Source: Georgenia sp. Z1491 (GTDB taxonomy: Bacteria > Actinomycetota > Actinomycetes > Actinomycetales > Actinomycetaceae). From it: a DNA stretch of 24,000 nt. The DNA is taken from contig NZ_JBNDNA010000018.1 of assembly GCF_049856175.1 (NCBI RefSeq), positions 19,355-43,354 of the forward strand. Reading direction: 5' to 3'. A program made the position numbers and the translations under genes. A model generated the notes under the pieces. That model was not told the origin of the DNA, did no database searches, and was given only the letters and a program-made list of their open reading frames with translations. Positions 21,939 to 24,000 of the stretch are shown one piece after another; the stretch's first letter is position 1; every line of letters begins with the position of its first letter.

Positions 21939-23597
21939 GTGGTGGGAGAACGGGATGGCACGTCCGGGGCACCGACGCCAGAGGTCGACGTCCTCGTCGT
22001 TGGAGCTGGTCTGTCCGGGCTGTACTCGCTGTACAGCCTGCGGAAGGCGGGCTTCACCGTCCGGGTGCTCGAGAGCGGCGACGACGTCGGCGGCACCTGG
22101 TACCACAACCGGTACCCAGGAGCTCGGTGCGACATCGAGAGCCTCGACTACTCCTACTCCTTCGACGAGGACCTCCAGCAGGAGTGGACGTGGAGCGAGC
22201 GTTATGCGAGCCAGCCCGAGATCCTCTCCTACCTCCGGCACGTCGCCGAGCGGTTCGACCTCCGCCGCGACATCGAGCTCCGGACCCGCGTCGACCACGC
22301 CTCGTGGCACGACGCCATCGCCCGCTGGTCGATCTCCACGGACGACGGTTGGTACTACTCGGCGCAGTTCCTTGTCCTCGCGACCGGGGTGCTCTCGGCG
22401 GCCCAGTTGCCCGACATTCCCGGGCTGTCCGAGTTCGCCGGCGAGCGCTACCACACCGCCGACTGGCCGCACGAGGGAGCGGACCTCACGGGCAAGCGGG
22501 TCGGTGTCATCGGCACAGGTTCGTCGGCCACTCAGCTCATCCCGCTCGTCGCCGAGGACGCTGCACACCTGACGGTCTTCCAGCGCACACCCAACTTCGT
22601 GATGCCGGCGCAGAACCACCCTCTCGACGACGAGTTCCAGAACCGCTGGAAGGCGAGCTACCCCGAGCGGCGCCGTCACGCGCGCACCACCAAGAACGGT
22701 CACAACCAGCCGAGCAACGTCGCCCGTGGAGCGGACGTGAGCGCGGCGGAGCGGCGGGCCGAGTTCGAGAGCCGCTGGCAGTCCGGCGGGCTCTACATGA
22801 TGCGCGCCTTCACGGACATCCTCACGAACCCGGACGTCAACGCCGAAGCAGGCGACTTCGTGCGGGACAAGGTTCGGAGCATCGTCGACGATGAGGAGAC
22901 CGCCGAGCGACTGCTCCCGCCCCGGGACCTTCACCTCGGCACGAAGCGCCTCTGTTCAGGCACGAACTATTTCGAGACGTTCAACCGGCACGACGTCTCT
23001 CTCGTTGACCTCAGGTCGACGCCGATCGGCCGCGTCGTGCCCGAAGGCCTCCGCACCGCCGACGGCGTGGTCCACGAACTTGACGCCCTCGTCCTCGCCA
23101 CCGGGTTCGACGCCATGACCGGGTCGTTCGTACGAATCGATGTTCGTGGCCGCGACGGCCAGACCCTGCGCGAGAAGTGGTCTCACGGCCCGCGCACCTA
23201 CATGGGTGTGATGACCCACGGGTTCCCCAACCTCTTCGTCATGGCCGGCCCGCAGACGCCGTCGGTCTTCAGCAACATGGTGACGCAGGCGGAGATCCAC
23301 GTCGAATGGGTGACCGCGTGCCTCGAGGCGCTCCGGAGCGCGGGTGACACCACCATCGAGCCCACCCTCGAGGCCGAGGACGGCTGGGTCGACCACGTCA
23401 ACGACCTCGCCGCATCGACTCTCTACGGCAGCTCGCGGCATTCGTGGTTCTGGGGAGCCAACACACCGGGCAAGGCGCGGGTCTTCGCCCCCTACGTCGG
23501 CGGCATCGACCGCTACCTCGCCACCGTCACGGAGTCCGCCGAGCACGGCTACTCCGGGTTTGTCCGCCGCGGTCTGTCGACCGCGGCCCACCGATAG
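21939..23597 (+). CDS. Baeyer-Villiger (type I flavin-containing) monooxygenase
   Basis: VVGAGLSG, GGTWYHNRYPGARCD, the BVMO fingerprint FAGERYHTADWP, and a second Rossmann motif VGVIGTGSSA. GTG at 21939 lies 5 nt after GAGGAG. The upstream part of the track ORF lacks RBS support. Confidence 0.9.
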   Translation: MVGERDGTSGAPTPEVDVLVVGAGLSGLYSLYSLRKAGFTVRVLESGDDVGGTWYHNRYPGARCDIESLDYSYSFDEDLQQEWTWSERYASQPEILSYLRHVAERFDLRRDIELRTRVDHASWHDAIARWSISTDDGWYYSAQFLVLATGVLSAAQLPDIPGLSEFAGERYHTADWPHEGADLTGKRVGVIGTGSSATQLIPLVAEDAAHLTVFQRTPNFVMPAQNHPLDDEFQNRWKASYPERRRHARTTKNGHNQPSNVARGADVSAAERRAEFESRWQSGGLYMMRAFTDILTNPDVNAEAGDFVRDKVRSIVDDEETAERLLPPRDLHLGTKRLCSGTNYFETFNRHDVSLVDLRSTPIGRVVPEGLRTADGVVHELDALVLATGFDAMTGSFVRIDVRGRDGQTLREKWSHGPRTYMGVMTHGFPNLFVMAGPQTPSVFSNMVTQAEIHVEWVTACLEALRSAGDTTIEPTLEAEDGWVDHVNDLAASTLYGSSRHSWFWGANTPGKARVFAPYVGGIDRYLATVTESAEHGYSGFVRRGLSTAAHR

Positions 23598-23622
23598 CCC
23601 GACGACAACAAAGGAGACAACG

Positions 23623-24000
23623 ATGTCTGCTCGAACAGCTTCTACGATCGCAGTCCTCGCGGCCACGGCTGCCCTCGTCCTCGCGGCGTGCGGTGACGAG
23701 GATGCTGGAGGGAGCGCGGACGCCGAGACCCCCTCCGAGGGAGCCGACGACGCGCTGCAGCAGGTCACGGTCGGCGTGCAGCCGTTCGCGGAGCTCGCGC
23801 CCTTCTACATCGCTATTGAGGAGGGCCTCTTCGCCGAGCACGGCATCGAGGTGGAGCCCTTCCCCGCCAGCCAGGGCGCGGAGCTCATCACCGCCATGGT
23901 CGCCGGCGACGTGCCGATCATCTACGCCAATCACTTCAGCTCCCTGACCGCGGTGGACCAGGGGCTCGACGTGCAGATCTTCCGGGAGAACGACCGGGGC
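23623..24000 (+). CDS. ABC transporter substrate-binding lipoprotein (NMT1/SsuA/TauA-like), truncated at its 3' end by the window edge
   Basis: AAGGAG RBS. Signal peptide with lipobox LVLAAC. VTVGVQPFAELAPFYIAIEEGLFAEHGIEVE is typical of NitT/TauT-family binding proteins. The frame is open to nt 24000. This ORF is not in the supplied track because it has no stop within the window. Confidence 0.8.
   Translation, partial: MSARTASTIAVLAATAALVLAACGDEDAGGSADAETPSEGADDALQQVTVGVQPFAELAPFYIAIEEGLFAEHGIEVEPFPASQGAELITAMVAGDVPIIYANHFSSLTAVDQGLDVQIFRENDRG

Noticed and set aside
1-24000. Search for tRNA, rRNA, integrase, transposase or recombinase genes that could explain the repeat-bracketed segments.
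   Set aside because: I recognised no cloverleaf-like sequence and no recombinase or transposase motifs in any frame. The island hypotheses therefore rest only on repeats, composition and gene fragments.

Overview
This is a high-GC, actinobacterial-type chromosomal window. Spot counts of single 60-nt lines give about 80% GC in the core genes and about 58-65% between 18.3 and 20.6 kb. Taxon is an inference only.

Gene content, left to right:
- The 3' part of a 5'-nucleotidase with a C-terminal 45-aa repeat domain.
- A divergent TetR/MFS pair.
- A P-loop PRK-like kinase and a small Myb/GcrA-like HTH gene.
- A tightly coupled eight-gene operon (5.8-13.4 kb). Family by family it matches the function-unknown E. 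coli yhfZ-yhfY-yhfU-yhfT-php-yhfS-yhfX-yhfW set.
- A patch of decayed toxin-antitoxin modules: an Xre/DUF2384 antitoxin with a truncated RES-like remnant, and a VapB with an internally deleted VapC.
- Two translationally coupled membrane-anchored Pro/Thr-rich proteins.
- An acyltransferase-3 gene and a sterol-carrier-family gene.
- A membrane protein whose 3' end is repeated exactly 1600 bp downstream. The two copies bracket an excisionase-HTH/PIN pair in lower-GC DNA.
- A DUF3800 gene, an IclR regulator, a Baeyer-Villiger monooxygenase, and the start of an ABC substrate-binding lipoprotein.

Non-coding structure is rich:
- 23-bp GC-rich palindromic tandem units fill the 1.9-2.3 kb convergent gap in inverted arrays, and related units occur at 4.4 kb and 14.8 kb.
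- A roughly 140-bp element with a relatively AT-rich core occurs twice, at 4.55 kb and 14.05 kb, bracketing the yhf-type region.
- Operator-like palindromes sit in three promoters.

I saw no rRNA, tRNA, CRISPR, integrase or transposase. Many long ORFs in the supplied track are off-frame or antisense artefacts of high GC.
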